A stretch of DNA of 63,258 nt, the filler included, from Globobulimina sp. (lineage: Eukaryota): the NCBI GenBank assembly GCA_003354225.1. It is 48 parts of 48 records of this genome, joined end to end, with 100 filler letters (N's around TTAATTAATTAA, not from the genome) between each part and the next. Parts side by side here need not be neighbours in the genome. Positions count along the whole stretch, not along the records: positions 22,456 to 23,675 come from PIVH01020712.1; positions 23,776 to 24,995 come from PIVH01020713.1; positions 25,096 to 26,315 come from PIVH01020714.1; positions 26,416 to 27,635 come from PIVH01020715.1; positions 27,736 to 28,955 come from PIVH01020716.1; positions 29,056 to 30,275 come from PIVH01020717.1; positions 30,376 to 31,595 come from PIVH01020718.1; positions 31,696 to 32,915 come from PIVH01020719.1; 40 more parts are not named here. One strand, given 5' to 3'. How positions within the stretch are numbered: position 1 is the first letter of the stretch; each line of letters opens with the position of its first letter. The translations under genes were made by a program, and so were the position numbers. This document shows positions 22,456-34,824 of the stretch, one piece after another. The notes below the pieces were generated by a model. It had not been told where the DNA came from. It saw nothing but the letters and a program-made list of their open reading frames with translations, and searched no databases.

Positions 22456-23675
22456 GGATCAGCTGTTGGATCAGCTGTTGTTGGATCAGCTGTTGGATCA
22501 GCTGTTGTTGGATCAGCTGTTGGATCAGCTGTTGTTGGATCAGCTGTTGGTTCAGCTGTTGGTTCAGGATCACTCTCCGCAGTACTCTCCACAATAATAG
22601 TTTCTGTAGAAACGGTTGTCGATAAATCGGTTGTCGATAAATCGGTTGTCGATAAATCGGTTGTCGATAAATCTACAGAGGTTGTCGATAAATCAGAGGT
22701 TGTAAATAAAATAATTCCTATACCAAACAGAAATCCTCCAGAATCTGCTTCATTATCGCTCATATTACAATTGTTGATAGCATAGCTATCATTGATGTAT
22801 ATACCACCACCAAACCCTGATACTGCATTACCATCAAATGTACAATGATCAACCTCAATCCGTGAATTTGATCCAGTTACGAATACAACGCCTCCGTATG
22901 TACCATTAACGTTATTCTTATCAATCATTATACATTGGGCACCAGTGTTTTGTATAAAGTTCGAGTACATGAGACTGAGCGTAAAATCACCTGCATCATA
23001 CCGGAATAATGCTGTTATATATCAGTTATAGATAAGATATACGGTACAACTGACAAAAACACTTAACATCCTTGGCCTTCTCCGGTGTTGTTTACAAACT
23101 CAGAGTATAACACAGTAATATCTCTTGCATCTATCATCATCATACCAGTAATGGTGTTATCGATAAATACGCATTCTTCAATGTTTACATTAATGGCATT
23201 GGTGTTGGTGTTTCCATCAACTATTTTAGGAACTGTATTGCCAATATATCGGTTGTTAAACAATTCAATTGATCCCATTGTTACATATATTCCATTGTTC
23301 CATAATATATTGTTTGTAAAATTCACATTGGTGGCCGTAACATTGGCGTTATTAATATTAAATAATCCTTTTGCACCGCTGGTGGGAGATGCTTTCGGTA
23401 TTTCACGATTTTCAGTGAATGAGGTACTCTCAATATGTAAATGGCCGCCATCGACTAAATTCAAGATAACAACGCAAAAATAGTCACATGTATTGGCGTG
23501 GAATTCTGAATCTACAATATTTATATCCCCCGAATATATATTAAAACATCCCGTTTTTTTATTGGTATTGTTAATAAATGAGGATGTTGTAATATTTAAT
23601 GATACATAAATATTAACGCCGGTCGAGATAATGGTAGAATAAGCATAATTAGATTCGAACTTTGAATCTGATATT
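22456..23675 (-). CDS. Right-handed beta-helix (PMP-like) surface protein with Pro/Thr mucin stalk, internal fragment; intron 23012-23067
   Basis: FxxN and GGGIY/GGVVF repeats; TTDLS and PTTAD/PTAD tandem repeats; intron restores frame. Confidence 0.7.
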
Positions 23676-24059
23676 NNNNNNNNNNNNNNNNNNNNNNNNN
23701 NNNNNNNNNNNNNNNNNNNTTAATTAATTAANNNNNNNNNNNNNNNNNNNNNNNNNNNNNNNNNNNNNNNNNNNNACTCTTTGAATCGCTTTGCATTCAT
23801 TCACTGCGCAGTTATTGCTGTCATTTATTTCGTCGTTTAAAAAAAATTTAAAATCAATGCTTGGTTTGCTTGTGGTTGTATTAGTAGTTATATTGTCGTT
23901 TGCGTGTCGTTGATGGTAATTCTCCATCACAAATTAATTCGTGGTCGAACGAAAGCAGTTCACATAAAAACCGAAGGTAATGTGGGAAAAATGTGAAATT
24001 TTAAGTGTTAGTGAGAAAAAATACAGAAAATAAATTTTCAAAAAGTATCTCACAAAGTC

Positions 24060-24995
24060 ATGGCAGCGTCAGTTCCAACCAAAATAACAGCCACTGCGTT
24101 CAAAGAGTTTTCATTTCTGTCTTCAATGCTATTGACACCATCCTTATGTTCAAATGTATTGATAGAATTTATGAAACAAATACTATACACAAAGGGACAA
24201 ATACCCACAGTGTATGACAAATTAATTGAAACTGATGAAAAAACAAAAGATGTGGAATCTGATGAATCTGATACGAACGAACAGGACATACAAATAAAAA
24301 CTAAGCAGAGAGTAAACGCAAGAGATTTGAAACTAAATCGTTTATCAAAAACAATGGATGAATGTCAAAAATCAATACATAAAATGTTTCAATATCATTA
24401 TCAAAATAGTTCGGAAAATAGCATTATTTTTATGGATATTTTATTATTGTTTGGAAAGTCATATTTAAGTCCATTGGAAACATACAGTTTGAGATTTTAT
24501 ATGAATGCAAATGATAACGACGATAATGCACAAATCAGTGATAAAAATAGGCGAAGAATAAAAAAAATAATCGCTAAAAGTTTGAATGAAGCTAAGTATT
24601 CATTTGATATTCAACCAATTAACTAATTCTATAACAAAACATATACAATATTTACATTTGCAGGTCGATAAAATATGGGATTCAAACTTGCCATTAACGG
24701 ATTGTAGAATTTGTATCAATGCTCATATTAAACAGGATTTAGACGATTCAAATTTTACTTGGAAACAAGATTTATTTTTAAGATTGCAAAGGAAAAAAAG
24801 CAAAACAAAGAAAAATAATGTGTATGTCATGAATTTTTGGAATAAAAACACGGCCAAAAAACTCATAAAACAAATACCGAATGAGAATACTGATAAAAAT
24901 AATAAAAATAAAGAGAATGAGATACCATTTTATTTTATTCATAATATTAACCAATTAATTAAAGGCAACAACCACCAACAAAATGACAATGATGA
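24060..24995 (+). CDS. p31comet/MAD2L1BP-like HORMA protein; probable GC-AG intron 24591-24663
   Basis: CSNVLIEFMKQILYTKGQIPTVYDKL and ILLLFGKSYLSPLETY resemble the two conserved p31comet blocks. Confidence 0.65.
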
Positions 24996-25095
24996 NNNNN
25001 NNNNNNNNNNNNNNNNNNNNNNNNNNNNNNNNNNNNNNNTTAATTAATTAANNNNNNNNNNNNNNNNNNNNNNNNNNNNNNNNNNNNNNNNNNNN

Positions 25096-25249
25096 CATGA
25101 TAGCATGCGCGGGCTGCATGGCATAGAATGAAACAATCGACATCTTCTGGGCATGTATAGATAATATTTGCACATTCATTTGATTCATCACATAAGTAAG
25201 AACCAAAACAGGCGAATGCTAATGTTTGCAGTAATATTACATACCACAT
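25096..25249 (-). CDS. Secreted Cys-rich protein, N-terminal fragment
   Basis: Signal-peptide-like start followed by CxxxxxC..CPEDVDCFILC repeat. Confidence 0.5.
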
Positions 25250-25358
25250 AAGTTGCCCTTATTTGTAATTTTAACGTTTGTGACTAGTAACTGCCATGAT
25301 ACGAATTTCTAGTTTCTACTCGAGTTTATATATTCAATTAAGTAAGTCAACCACTGGC

Positions 25359-26178
25359 ATGGCGCGTAGATTATCGAAAAGAGAGGAATATGTAATGAAA
25401 TCAATGACAGCTGCTGCCGTTGAAAAAGAACAAGTTGAATCCAAGAAAAACGAAGTTATTGATATGGGTGACATACCTGAATATAATGCAGATCCAAATC
25501 GTAGATTATCCAAAGTTGAAATGGATGACATGAAAGAAAAATTTGACTCACAAATGCAAGCATTGGTTGAGAAGTTAATCATATATTATATATGCATGCA
25601 TATATATAGCTGCATGATATGATGATAATTATACTTTGTTGCTGTACTAACACAGTCCAAAAGAGGCTCGAACAGGTTACATTGCCGATGAATTAATAAA
25701 AAAACAGGAAGAAAAGAAAACGGATTTAAATTCCATCGCTGCGCAATTAGTAAAAGCTCAATTAAAGCCACAGGAAAATAAAGAGGAGGAACTTCCTCAA
25801 AAAGTAGTTGATGATACATTTAAAGACTCAAATTTGTGGGAAAAAACAACTGAATATTTATCTCAATCTCAAGTTAAAGTCAGATGGATATTTGAGATTA
25901 AAAAAGTAAATAATGAATCACATGCAATTGAATTGATGCATTGCCAAGGCGTGAACGCAGAGAGTAAAACAAATCGGAGGTTGATAATTGATGGGAAAGA
26001 TGTATTCGATGAAGAAACAGCAAACAGTGAATATACGCAATTGTTTGGTGGTAATGTGTATTTGATTTATATTCGATATGATATATTGTTTGGATGGAGT
26101 TATGATCTGACAATTAATAATAAAACACATAAAGAATTATATGAAGAATGGACAGCAAAGAATGTCTTCGTTGAATGA
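25359..26178 (+). CDS. Protein with C-terminal FAIM1-like beta domain; intron 25574-25655
   Basis: W.F....HAIELMH...RRLIIDGK...YDLTINNK pattern; intron has TACTAAC branch site and joins exons in frame. Confidence 0.55.
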
Positions 26179-26415
26179 TATGCACTAATTTCTAACTGCA
26201 TCATAATTATTACTCAAAAACGTTTTTTTTTTGAATGACCCTACTCATTCAAATCAAGACAACACTAAATATTTAGTTATCTCGTATCTTGATCATAGCA
26301 AACCAAGTGCGCATANNNNNNNNNNNNNNNNNNNNNNNNNNNNNNNNNNNNNNNNNNNNTTAATTAATTAANNNNNNNNNNNNNNNNNNNNNNNNNNNNN
26401 NNNNNNNNNNNNNNN

Positions 26416-27635
26416 TGATAAAATTAAAACATTTAAAACTGCATTTAACACTGACCCACGTAATCTATTATTTTCCACCAAAAAGATAATCAAATCATTT
26501 TATCCTATGATATTGTATGAGCATGCTGTTTCTTTTTGCAGCGAATGTACACATCCCAATCCTAATCCGAGTCAAACACGAACCTTAAAAAACAATGACA
26601 ACATAAAATACAAACAACCAAAACATATTTGCTATACTACATATGATGCTGTATATGATGATTGGAAACGTGATATAACTACACAATTAATATGCAAACA
26701 ACATAACAAAAACATACGACCCTGTTTTATATATAAACATAATGATACTGACTTTAGTCATTGTTCAAAACATGGTAATTGGGAGATGATCCATAAACCA
26801 TTATTGTTTTATGTAAACTCCAAAAAATATCATTTTTGTACAACTGAAAAATGTCCGAATTATGCTGCATCTAATAATGGATCAATTTGTTGTTGTTTGC
26901 AATGTAAAAATTGCCCCATAAGTTCAGGATTATTTGCTTTATCACCAACTAAATTTATCAAACGTCTTTCATGTCAAAATAATGATGAATTATATCCAAA
27001 TTATAAATGTATTTCCGGTAAGTGTTCAAATAATGACTGTGGTAATAAATTTTTACAGCGAATTTTCAACGGCGAGCTATGTCCATTATTGAAAGTACCA
27101 ACAGATACAATTATACATTACAAATTATATGGAAAATATGATAATCCAAACTCCAAAAACAATGATACTGGAATTATACCATATTTTCTTAATTGGCCTG
27201 ATTTCTGTAATGAATATATCAAACAATATGGCGAATTCAGCAAACATCATATTACGTACATATATAATTTCCGTACCAGGAGAGACTTTGTTGATAAATT
27301 AAAACTTAATATCCCTCATGGTTCACTTTATTGTCATGTTGATTTTATTAATAATATCCAACCACAATCACAAAAACGAACAGCTGGCGATTGGTCAAAT
27401 AGAGATGGAATAGCTTTACTATGTACAGTCAATCGATATTTAATGCCAGATACACAAACTGACCAAAACAATGAACAGAAAGTTAATAATAATACACCTA
27501 AATTAATTACTGCAGAATCAGCATACTCATATTTTTCATCTGACCCAAAACATGATTGGCCGGCGGCACTTTATTTTATTGAACAACACATTAAAAATAT
27601 GCAGAAATATTTTCATGATATAGTGCAGCAAAAAC
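26416..27635 (+). mobile_element. Putative DNA-transposon transposase (Sola2-like), internal fragment
   Basis: Cys clusters (CCCLQCKN, CISGKC) followed by HVDFINN..Q...W and SSDPKHD, resembling the DF(S/A)ENY / SDxxxHD pattern; family assignment from memory. Confidence 0.5.
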
Positions 27636-28473
27636 NNNNNNNNNNNNNNNNNNNNNNNNNNNNNNNNNNNNNNNNNNNNTTAATTAATTAANNNNNNNNN
27701 NNNNNNNNNNNNNNNNNNNNNNNNNNNNNNNNNNNCCAGCTATTATTAAAGCGGCATGGCAACAGGATAAATTTTTGGAAGCTACAAAAGAGGAGATATC
27801 TAAAATGAAACTCGACTCAAGATCAAGTTCAAACATGTTTTACAAACAAATCCATCCGTTTATGTTGCCATGGTTTGAAGCGAAAAAAATGTTTTCTTGA
27901 GCTCTCGATAAAAAATCGCTGTCTGGTTGTCTGACGTTCACTATTTACGACCATCGGTCAATATTTGCATGAAAAAAAACTAATTCATAAATTATACAGT
28001 ATTATACGACAAGAATTGTATTTTAAAATGGCAGTGACTCAACAGAATGAAGCTGCGGCTGTACATAAATAATACATATTACAAAACAGATGTGACTTCG
28101 GTTCATTTGACATCTGATCTGATTCGATTCATTCAAAATATCTTACAGTTGGAGGATGGAATGGTGAGAAATGTGTGGTGTTAGGAGTACAATACACTAT
28201 AACTGATATTCCAATCAACGATTATGTTTTTAAAACCCATCTGTGTGTGGTTCGATCCGTAATGAATTCTGACATTTTTCGTGATGTTCCCAAAACCAGC
28301 TATCATTTCGTGATGTTACTCTTGTGATTTTGCTGTGATTTTCGTGGTTTTAGCAAAACTTTCCTCCCTCATCAACCATTTTCACCACACAAAAGTCGTA
28401 AATATACACACCAGTTTGTATAGTCGTCATTTAGGTTTGGACACAAAGCCTTACTTAATAGCTCGTGTATATA

Positions 28474-28955
28474 ATGTCTACAATTGTAGTGGTTCTATTG
28501 TTGTTGATGCGTGGTATCAAAGCTCAAGAAATTTCAAACAAACCAAATATAATTTTTATGGTATACGTATTTAAGATTCATGAGTTGTATAATTTTAATT
28601 ATACGGATAATATATAATATACAGTGGTTCGATGATTTGGGGTTTGCTGACGTTGGATTTAATGGCGGAGAATATCCAACACCGGGTTTGTGCATACAAA
28701 TATATATTTTATACCGGAAGTTTGCCCGCAACAACCAATATACATTTATACAGTGTTAGATAATCTGTCTGCTAAGTCCATTAAATTGAATTTCCATTAT
28801 GTGGAAGCAGTCTGCTCCCCATCACGTTCATCGTTGTACACCGGAAGATATTCCTGGTTAACTGGCATAAATACCGTAGTTCCCCCTCAGTCACATTCTC
28901 ATATTGATCGCAGTTTAACTTTTTATCCGCAATTATTTCAAGATAATGGATACAA
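28474..28955 (+). CDS. Secreted arylsulfatase (ARSB-like), N-terminal part; introns 28561-28624 and 28686-28753
   Basis: Signal peptide, KPNIIFM|WFDDLGFADVG, PTP|VLD, catalytic CSPSRSSLYTGRY. Confidence 0.92.
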
Positions 28956-29429
28956 NNNNNNNNNNNNNNNNNNNNNNNNNNNNNNNNNNNNNNNNNNNNT
29001 TAATTAATTAANNNNNNNNNNNNNNNNNNNNNNNNNNNNNNNNNNNNNNNNNNNNGCAAGAAGAAGAAGAAGAAAAAAATTGATCCTAATGTTTGAGACT
29101 TTGAGTCAGTACACCTTTTTTTTTTTATTTTTTGTGCACGTTGACTGCACATTTACTGCCCTTTTAAGGTAAATGCGTATATTAAAAGGGGAAAATTAGG
29201 GAAACGTAATTATTATTTAATATATAAACACGCACAGCACAAATAAGACAAAAAACCAATCCAAAAAAAATTACAAATGCAATTCATTTGGCAATACGCA
29301 AAAATAAACATACAAATTCGTGTAAATTTAAATTGTGCATATTGCCAGTTATTGTCTTAAAAAAAAGAAATAAATGCGATTCTAGGTTACGATAAACCTT
29401 TTATCATTGTCCATTTATCCAACTTTAAT

Positions 29430-30275
29430 TTAACGATTTAATGGTTGTTCCGTATCTGATTCAACATAACTTACTTTTCGATATTCCTTTTGTTCGACAA
29501 CCTTTTTTGCCAAAAAACACGCAAAAATAATCACAAACACATTTGTTAACAACGACAGCAATAAGACATAATTATTTTTTGCCTCATCAACAACACCAAT
29601 GCCATTATCCACAACACTGACACCATTATGCGCGGCATCAAATGTTCGAATTGCAGCCACATCGTCCGCGAGAGAAGCAATATGCGCAGTATTTATATCA
29701 ATTTGATCTAAATTATCGCTGATACCCGCAGTATTTGTGCCAATGTTACCTAAATTTGCAGCAATACCCGCAATATTTGTATTAATATGACCTAAATTAT
29801 CATCAATTTTTGTGGATAACTCACCAACCACCGAGTTAGTGCTTGCAAATTCAGCTGAACAACCTCTTAAAAACCCGTCAATGTCGACAGCATCGCACGG
29901 ATCGTCCGGTGTTAAACAGACATAACTGCTGCTTTGTGCATCGGAGCGTGTGGTAGTATACGATTCCATAACATCGGCTGTATCAGAGACTATATTAATT
30001 GCGGTGCCATAAAAACCAGGACAATTCCATGTTCCTTCTAAACCATCGCAATCTGAACAGGTGCAAGTCCATGAACGATGATCTGCGGTATGTTCTACAT
30101 ACGCTACAGTCGGATCGTCTGCAGTTAATGACATAATATGATGATGAGCTGGGATTTCAAATAAATCGATACATGAGCTACTCTTACAATAATCACATAA
30201 ACCAGCAGTTACATGTTCGTCTCCGGTATCACCACATCGACAGACTTCCGCTCCTGCATAGTCTTATACGTTTTT
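29430..30275 (-). CDS. Single-pass membrane protein with Cys-rich ectodomain and heptad INTNIA-type repeats, 5' partial
   Basis: C-terminal hydrophobic helix with basic tail; repeated N-I-x-T-N motifs. Confidence 0.55.
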
Positions 30276-30375
30276 NNNNNNNNNNNNNNNNNNNNNNNNN
30301 NNNNNNNNNNNNNNNNNNNTTAATTAATTAANNNNNNNNNNNNNNNNNNNNNNNNNNNNNNNNNNNNNNNNNNNN

Positions 30376-31115
30376 TTCCTAAACATAAGCAATGACTCGC
30401 CGTTGGGCAGATACCTCATCACCGACAATGATGCCAATTGTCTTAGATTTTCAGGGACATTTTTCACTTGAAAGTGCGTCGTGGATCCACTGCACATTCG
30501 CTTCAATAATGAGTAAACATTATACAGTGTCCGACTAAACGCGATCACCCATAGCAACGCCTCAATACACACGATAATTAACACAAATATCCAGAAATTT
30601 GTAGGTACCGCATTTATGGTTAAAAAATTGGTGATAATGAAATATGCATTTAACAGTGCGCGCAATATTACAGTTAAGAAACCTACGCGGTTCCACGCGT
30701 TGGGAGTAAATTTCTTCGCATATAACGACGCATTTGTTGGCAGTTTGGTCGCTGACAATGCTCCTTTGGTGCGTAGGGTCAATGCATCTTTATTCACAGA
30801 GATAGTCAACATTTTGTATATTTGCACAGAGGTCGTTAGCCCAAATGCTCCAATATACTCATCCACAACGCGCATTTGTTTGACTCTCGCGGAATATTTT
30901 TTTAATTCTTTGGGGGCTAAAATTACTGGATATATTTTATTTGTTTCTCTCTCTTTAATCCAAAACCTATCTTTATAAAACCATGCTGTTGCTTCAACGG
31001 AACATCGTTCATTTTCGTCATTTATGTATGTAAATTTTCGTGGGGGTAAAGGGCATTGGTTATCTTCTAAAAGTTCATATTCTGTGAGGCTGACGGTATT
31101 GGAACCAGCTGCCAT
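30376..31115 (-). CDS. Hypothetical membrane protein, 3' partial
   Basis: ATG-started ORF with two hydrophobic helices. Confidence 0.5.
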
Positions 31116-31261
31116 TTACGTAGTTAGGTACTATATTTCCAAACTAAAAACTGCAAAAAGGTTCGCAGTTTTGAAACATCAAGATTCAAGAACGTGAATG
31201 CGATTTTATATTTACTCATAATTCAACTCTAATCTGATGTTAATTTCATTACCCAAATAGA

Positions 31262-31595
31262 ATGACTGAATCGCATGACATTGATGAATCTGGCAATATT
31301 TGTGCAAATTGTCATGAAAAAGTGTTTTTTAATGAAAGAGCTCCGCCGTTCTTAACGCGTATATATCATGCAAGATGTTTCAAGTATGTAAAGTACATTT
31401 TCTATATCATATGACAGCCAACAACAATAACAACCAAAAGGTGCAACTCATGCAATAAAATATTATATGCGGGCGGCTTTATGGATCATGGCGAGGATCC
31501 ATTTTGCGAGTGTTGCTATGAAAGATTGTTTGCAGGAAATAGAAAAATGTATTCATCAGCACTCAACAAAACAATTGGTGAAATTGATAAAAGTG
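31262..31595 (+). CDS. LIM-domain protein, 3' partial; intron 31384-31440 (absent from ORF track)
   Basis: Spliced CANCHEKV...YHARCFKCNSCNK...PFCECCY fits the LIM consensus. Confidence 0.85.
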
Positions 31596-31775
31596 NNNNN
31601 NNNNNNNNNNNNNNNNNNNNNNNNNNNNNNNNNNNNNNNTTAATTAATTAANNNNNNNNNNNNNNNNNNNNNNNNNNNNNNNNNNNNNNNNNNNNATAAA
31701 AATATAACGTTAACACATAACTAATTTCAATTTATTAGTTCCAAAAATATTATAATAGGGTTATAACACTGAATA

Positions 31776-32915
31776 TTAAAAATTATCATCTGAAGAAGTG
31801 TCAAGGTCCTTTTCAGTATGAGAACAACAACGACAAGCCGGCGAATCGTGACATAAACATTCCAATTCCATCCCGACTTCACCATAATGATAATTGTCAC
31901 TTTCATCTCCACCTTTCATCGACAACTTTTTCATCGGAATATAAATATTTCCTTTTTTCCTTTGCATTTTTTCCTTACATTGACAGTTCAACCCACATCC
32001 ACACGCATCTTTATTTGCATCTTTATTTAATTGTGATTCCTTAATATCATCTCTAATATTTTTCGCCTTATTATACGGTGATTTATACGACTTTAACATA
32101 ATTGAGGATACTAAGACACATAAAGACGAGCAGGCCATGGCAATGGCGGCCACTTCCGGTGGGAGTCTTAAGCCCAAGCTTGGATATAGCACACCGGCTG
32201 CAATTGGTATACATAACACGTTAAAGCCGAGTGCCCACACAAAATTCACATATATTCTACGAATAATTGTGGTGGATAAGTCGATGACCATTGCTATGTT
32301 ATACAAGTTATCATTCATTAATATAACATCAGCTGCTTCCACTGCGATAGCCGCACCATTTCCAATTGCAATGCCTAAGTCCGCTTGCGATAAAGCCGCC
32401 GCATCGTTAATGCCATCGCCTACCATGGCCACATTAAACAAATATTTCTCTGTTTGTTGAGCTTTTTCCTCCTCATTTATCGTCGTCGTACCTAATTGCA
32501 ACTCTTTAATGACCTGATGTTTATCCTGCGGCAAAACCTGCGAAATTACATTTTTTGCATCAATGCCCACAGCTTTTGCCACTGCTGTGGCTGTGTTATG
32601 TGTATCACCGGTCAACATTACACATTTTAGATTATATTTAGTTTGCAATAAATGGATGATATGCTTTGATTGAGGTCGCGGCGAATCAAATAAGCAGACA
32701 AAACCAACCAATGCCGAATCAATAACTATCAACAATGTAATGTTTCCAGCCTTATTTCTTTTCGCTATTATCTTAGCTACGTCTTCCACCGTTATATGTG
32801 ATGGTAATTTAATATCATTTCGCAATGAATCGGATAACGCCTCACCAAAAAACCAATTGTAATTACCAATGCGCACCGTATGTCTACCAATCAGTGCTTT
32901 AATTCCTTTGCCAGG
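31776..32915 (-). CDS. Cu(I)-transporting P1B-type ATPase, C-terminal part
   Basis: MLTGD, VAMVGDGINDAAAL, NFVWALGFN, AMACSSLCV; Cys-rich tail. Confidence 0.93.
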   Translation of the reverse strand, partial: PGKGIKALIGRHTVRIGNYNWFFGEALSDSLRNDIKLPSHITVEDVAKIIAKRNKAGNITLLIVIDSALVGFVCLFDSPRPQSKHIIHLLQTKYNLKCVMLTGDTHNTATAVAKAVGIDAKNVISQVLPQDKHQVIKELQLGTTTINEEEKAQQTEKYLFNVAMVGDGINDAAALSQADLGIAIGNGAAIAVEAADVILMNDNLYNIAMVIDLSTTIIRRIYVNFVWALGFNVLCIPIAAGVLYPSLGLRLPPEVAAIAMACSSLCVLVSSIMLKSYKSPYNKAKNIRDDIKESQLNKDANKDACGCGLNCQCKEKMQRKKGNIYIPMKKLSMKGGDESDNYHYGEVGMELECLCHDSPACRCCSHTEKDLDTSSDDNF

Positions 32916-33015
32916 NNNNNNNNNNNNNNNNNNNNNNNNNNNNNNNNNNNNNNNNNNNNTTAATTAATTAANNNNNNNNNNNNNNNNNNNNNNNNNNNNN
33001 NNNNNNNNNNNNNNN

Positions 33016-34032
33016 GGCACTGTCAACCGATTCAACATCGGCATCGCAGGGAGTGACCGAGTCTCATTCACCGACTATGCGCCGCACGTATTTAGGTATT
33101 TGAGGACCGAGATTTACGGCGTGAGCGACCGCAGCTATTTGGAGTCGCTGCTGCCGCCAAAATTCCATGGCGAGATAACGCGCGTTTCCGAAGATATCAT
33201 CGCCCAATTTAGCGAAGGCCGAAGTGGCGCATTCTTTTTTTTTACGCCAGATAATAAGTATTTGATTAAGACGTTGATGAGAGAGGAAGCGCAGTTATTA
33301 ATTGATACGTTGTTCGATTATGTGAAATATATGAAAATCAATGGGGGTAAGACCTATTTAACCCGGTATTATGGGCTCCATTCCGTGAAATTATATTCCA
33401 AAGTGATTTATTTTATGGTTTCGGTGAATGTGTTTCCTGCGGATAAAGAGTTGACGGATAAGATTATGGAGCGATATGATATTAAGGGTTCGTGGATCAA
33501 TCGGCATACAAATCGGCATTTATTTGAGAATAAATTGATGAAAGACGAGGATTTGCATAGGAACTTGCAGTTAGATCCGGTGACACAGTCAATTATTCAC
33601 ACGCAGTTAACCAAAGACACGGCATTCTTACAGAAACAGCACATTATGGATTATTCCTTATTGTTAGGCATTTCGTACGAGAGAATATCGACCAATCACA
33701 AAAACAGTACGAGTCTGAGCCAGAATCAGAACAATAATTTTTTTAACAAGAAACCGTACAATTTTGCGGGTGTCGATGAAAACTCAGCCACGAATTGCGT
33801 TGATAAGCAAAAAAATAATATGGATTACACAGTGAAAGCAAACATCATTGAAGGACCGGGGACGTATTATATTGGAATTATTGATATGTTGCAAAAATGG
33901 AATAACCAAAAAAAAGGGGAGAGGTTTTTAAAAGTGTATCTTCGGTGTAAAAATCATGCGGGAATTTCTTGTGTTGAACCTGCGTTTTATAGAAAAAGAT
34001 TTTTGAAAAAAATGCAAAAAATTGGAATGTGA
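33016..34032 (+). CDS. Phosphatidylinositol-phosphate kinase (PIP5K family), 5' partial
   Basis: FTDYAP, EGRSGAFFFF, YLIKT, YDIKGS, KDED, MDYSLLLG, GIIDMLQ. Confidence 0.95.
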   Translation, partial: GTVNRFNIGIAGSDRVSFTDYAPHVFRYLRTEIYGVSDRSYLESLLPPKFHGEITRVSEDIIAQFSEGRSGAFFFFTPDNKYLIKTLMREEAQLLIDTLFDYVKYMKINGGKTYLTRYYGLHSVKLYSKVIYFMVSVNVFPADKELTDKIMERYDIKGSWINRHTNRHLFENKLMKDEDLHRNLQLDPVTQSIIHTQLTKDTAFLQKQHIMDYSLLLGISYERISTNHKNSTSLSQNQNNNFFNKKPYNFAGVDENSATNCVDKQKNNMDYTVKANIIEGPGTYYIGIIDMLQKWNNQKKGERFLKVYLRCKNHAGISCVEPAFYRKRFLKKMQKIGM

Positions 34033-34335
34033 CAATTATTGTGTTTGTGTAACTGTATTATTATGATAAGTCATTTATTTTTGTTTTCTGTGAAAACCTT
34101 TCAAGTAAAGTATCAATCGTATCAAAACATAAGCAGGGACACCATGTTTTGCAAAGACTCTCACCCTATACTTTTGTTTTGAAAAGACTGTTTTTGGCAA
34201 AATCATGTCGTCGATCCCCTTCGTTTCAGAACCTGNNNNNNNNNNNNNNNNNNNNNNNNNNNNNNNNNNNNNNNNNNNNTTAATTAATTAANNNNNNNNN
34301 NNNNNNNNNNNNNNNNNNNNNNNNNNNNNNNNNNN

Positions 34336-34790
34336 GATAATAGGATTAAATGACTGGCTTCTTGCTGCTTTTTTTCGTGGTACCGCTCGCGGTGCGGACT
34401 GGCCATGGACGAGAACTTATTATTTAACAATTTCTGCTTAAAATGTGCAAATTTCTGTTGTGCGATGTTGGTGGCTCTCGACTCTTCGTAGCCGATTTCT
34501 TTCGATAAGTAAGAGAAATTTCGTAAGTCTATAATTTCGGTGGGATTTTCATAGATTTGTTTCAAAGGAAAGGTATATATGCAGTGGGAATGAACCACTA
34601 TCCATCTTTTTCTCCATTTTTTCAAATGGCGACCTTTTTATTGTATGCTTATTCTTGCCATTATTATATATTAATATATGCGCATACTCTGTTTCCAAAG
34701 CCATCCCTCTTTGTAAGGATTGCGCAAATCATATCGTATACTCTTCTTCTTGTCAGTGAAGGCACTGTTGAAGGCATTATTATTACCCAT
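34336..34790 (-). CDS. PH-domain protein with MG- start, 3' partial; intron 34634-34687
   Basis: Spliced KEGWLWKQSRHLKKWRKRWIVV...IYTF...PTEIIDL. Confidence 0.85.
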
Positions 34791-34824
34791 TTTCAAGTTA
34801 AAAAAGTTTTTTGCACTACAAAGC

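Noticed and set aside
22456-22692. Tandem 12/15-nt repeats as an array
   Set aside because: Coding Pro/Thr mucin-like repeats without unique spacers.
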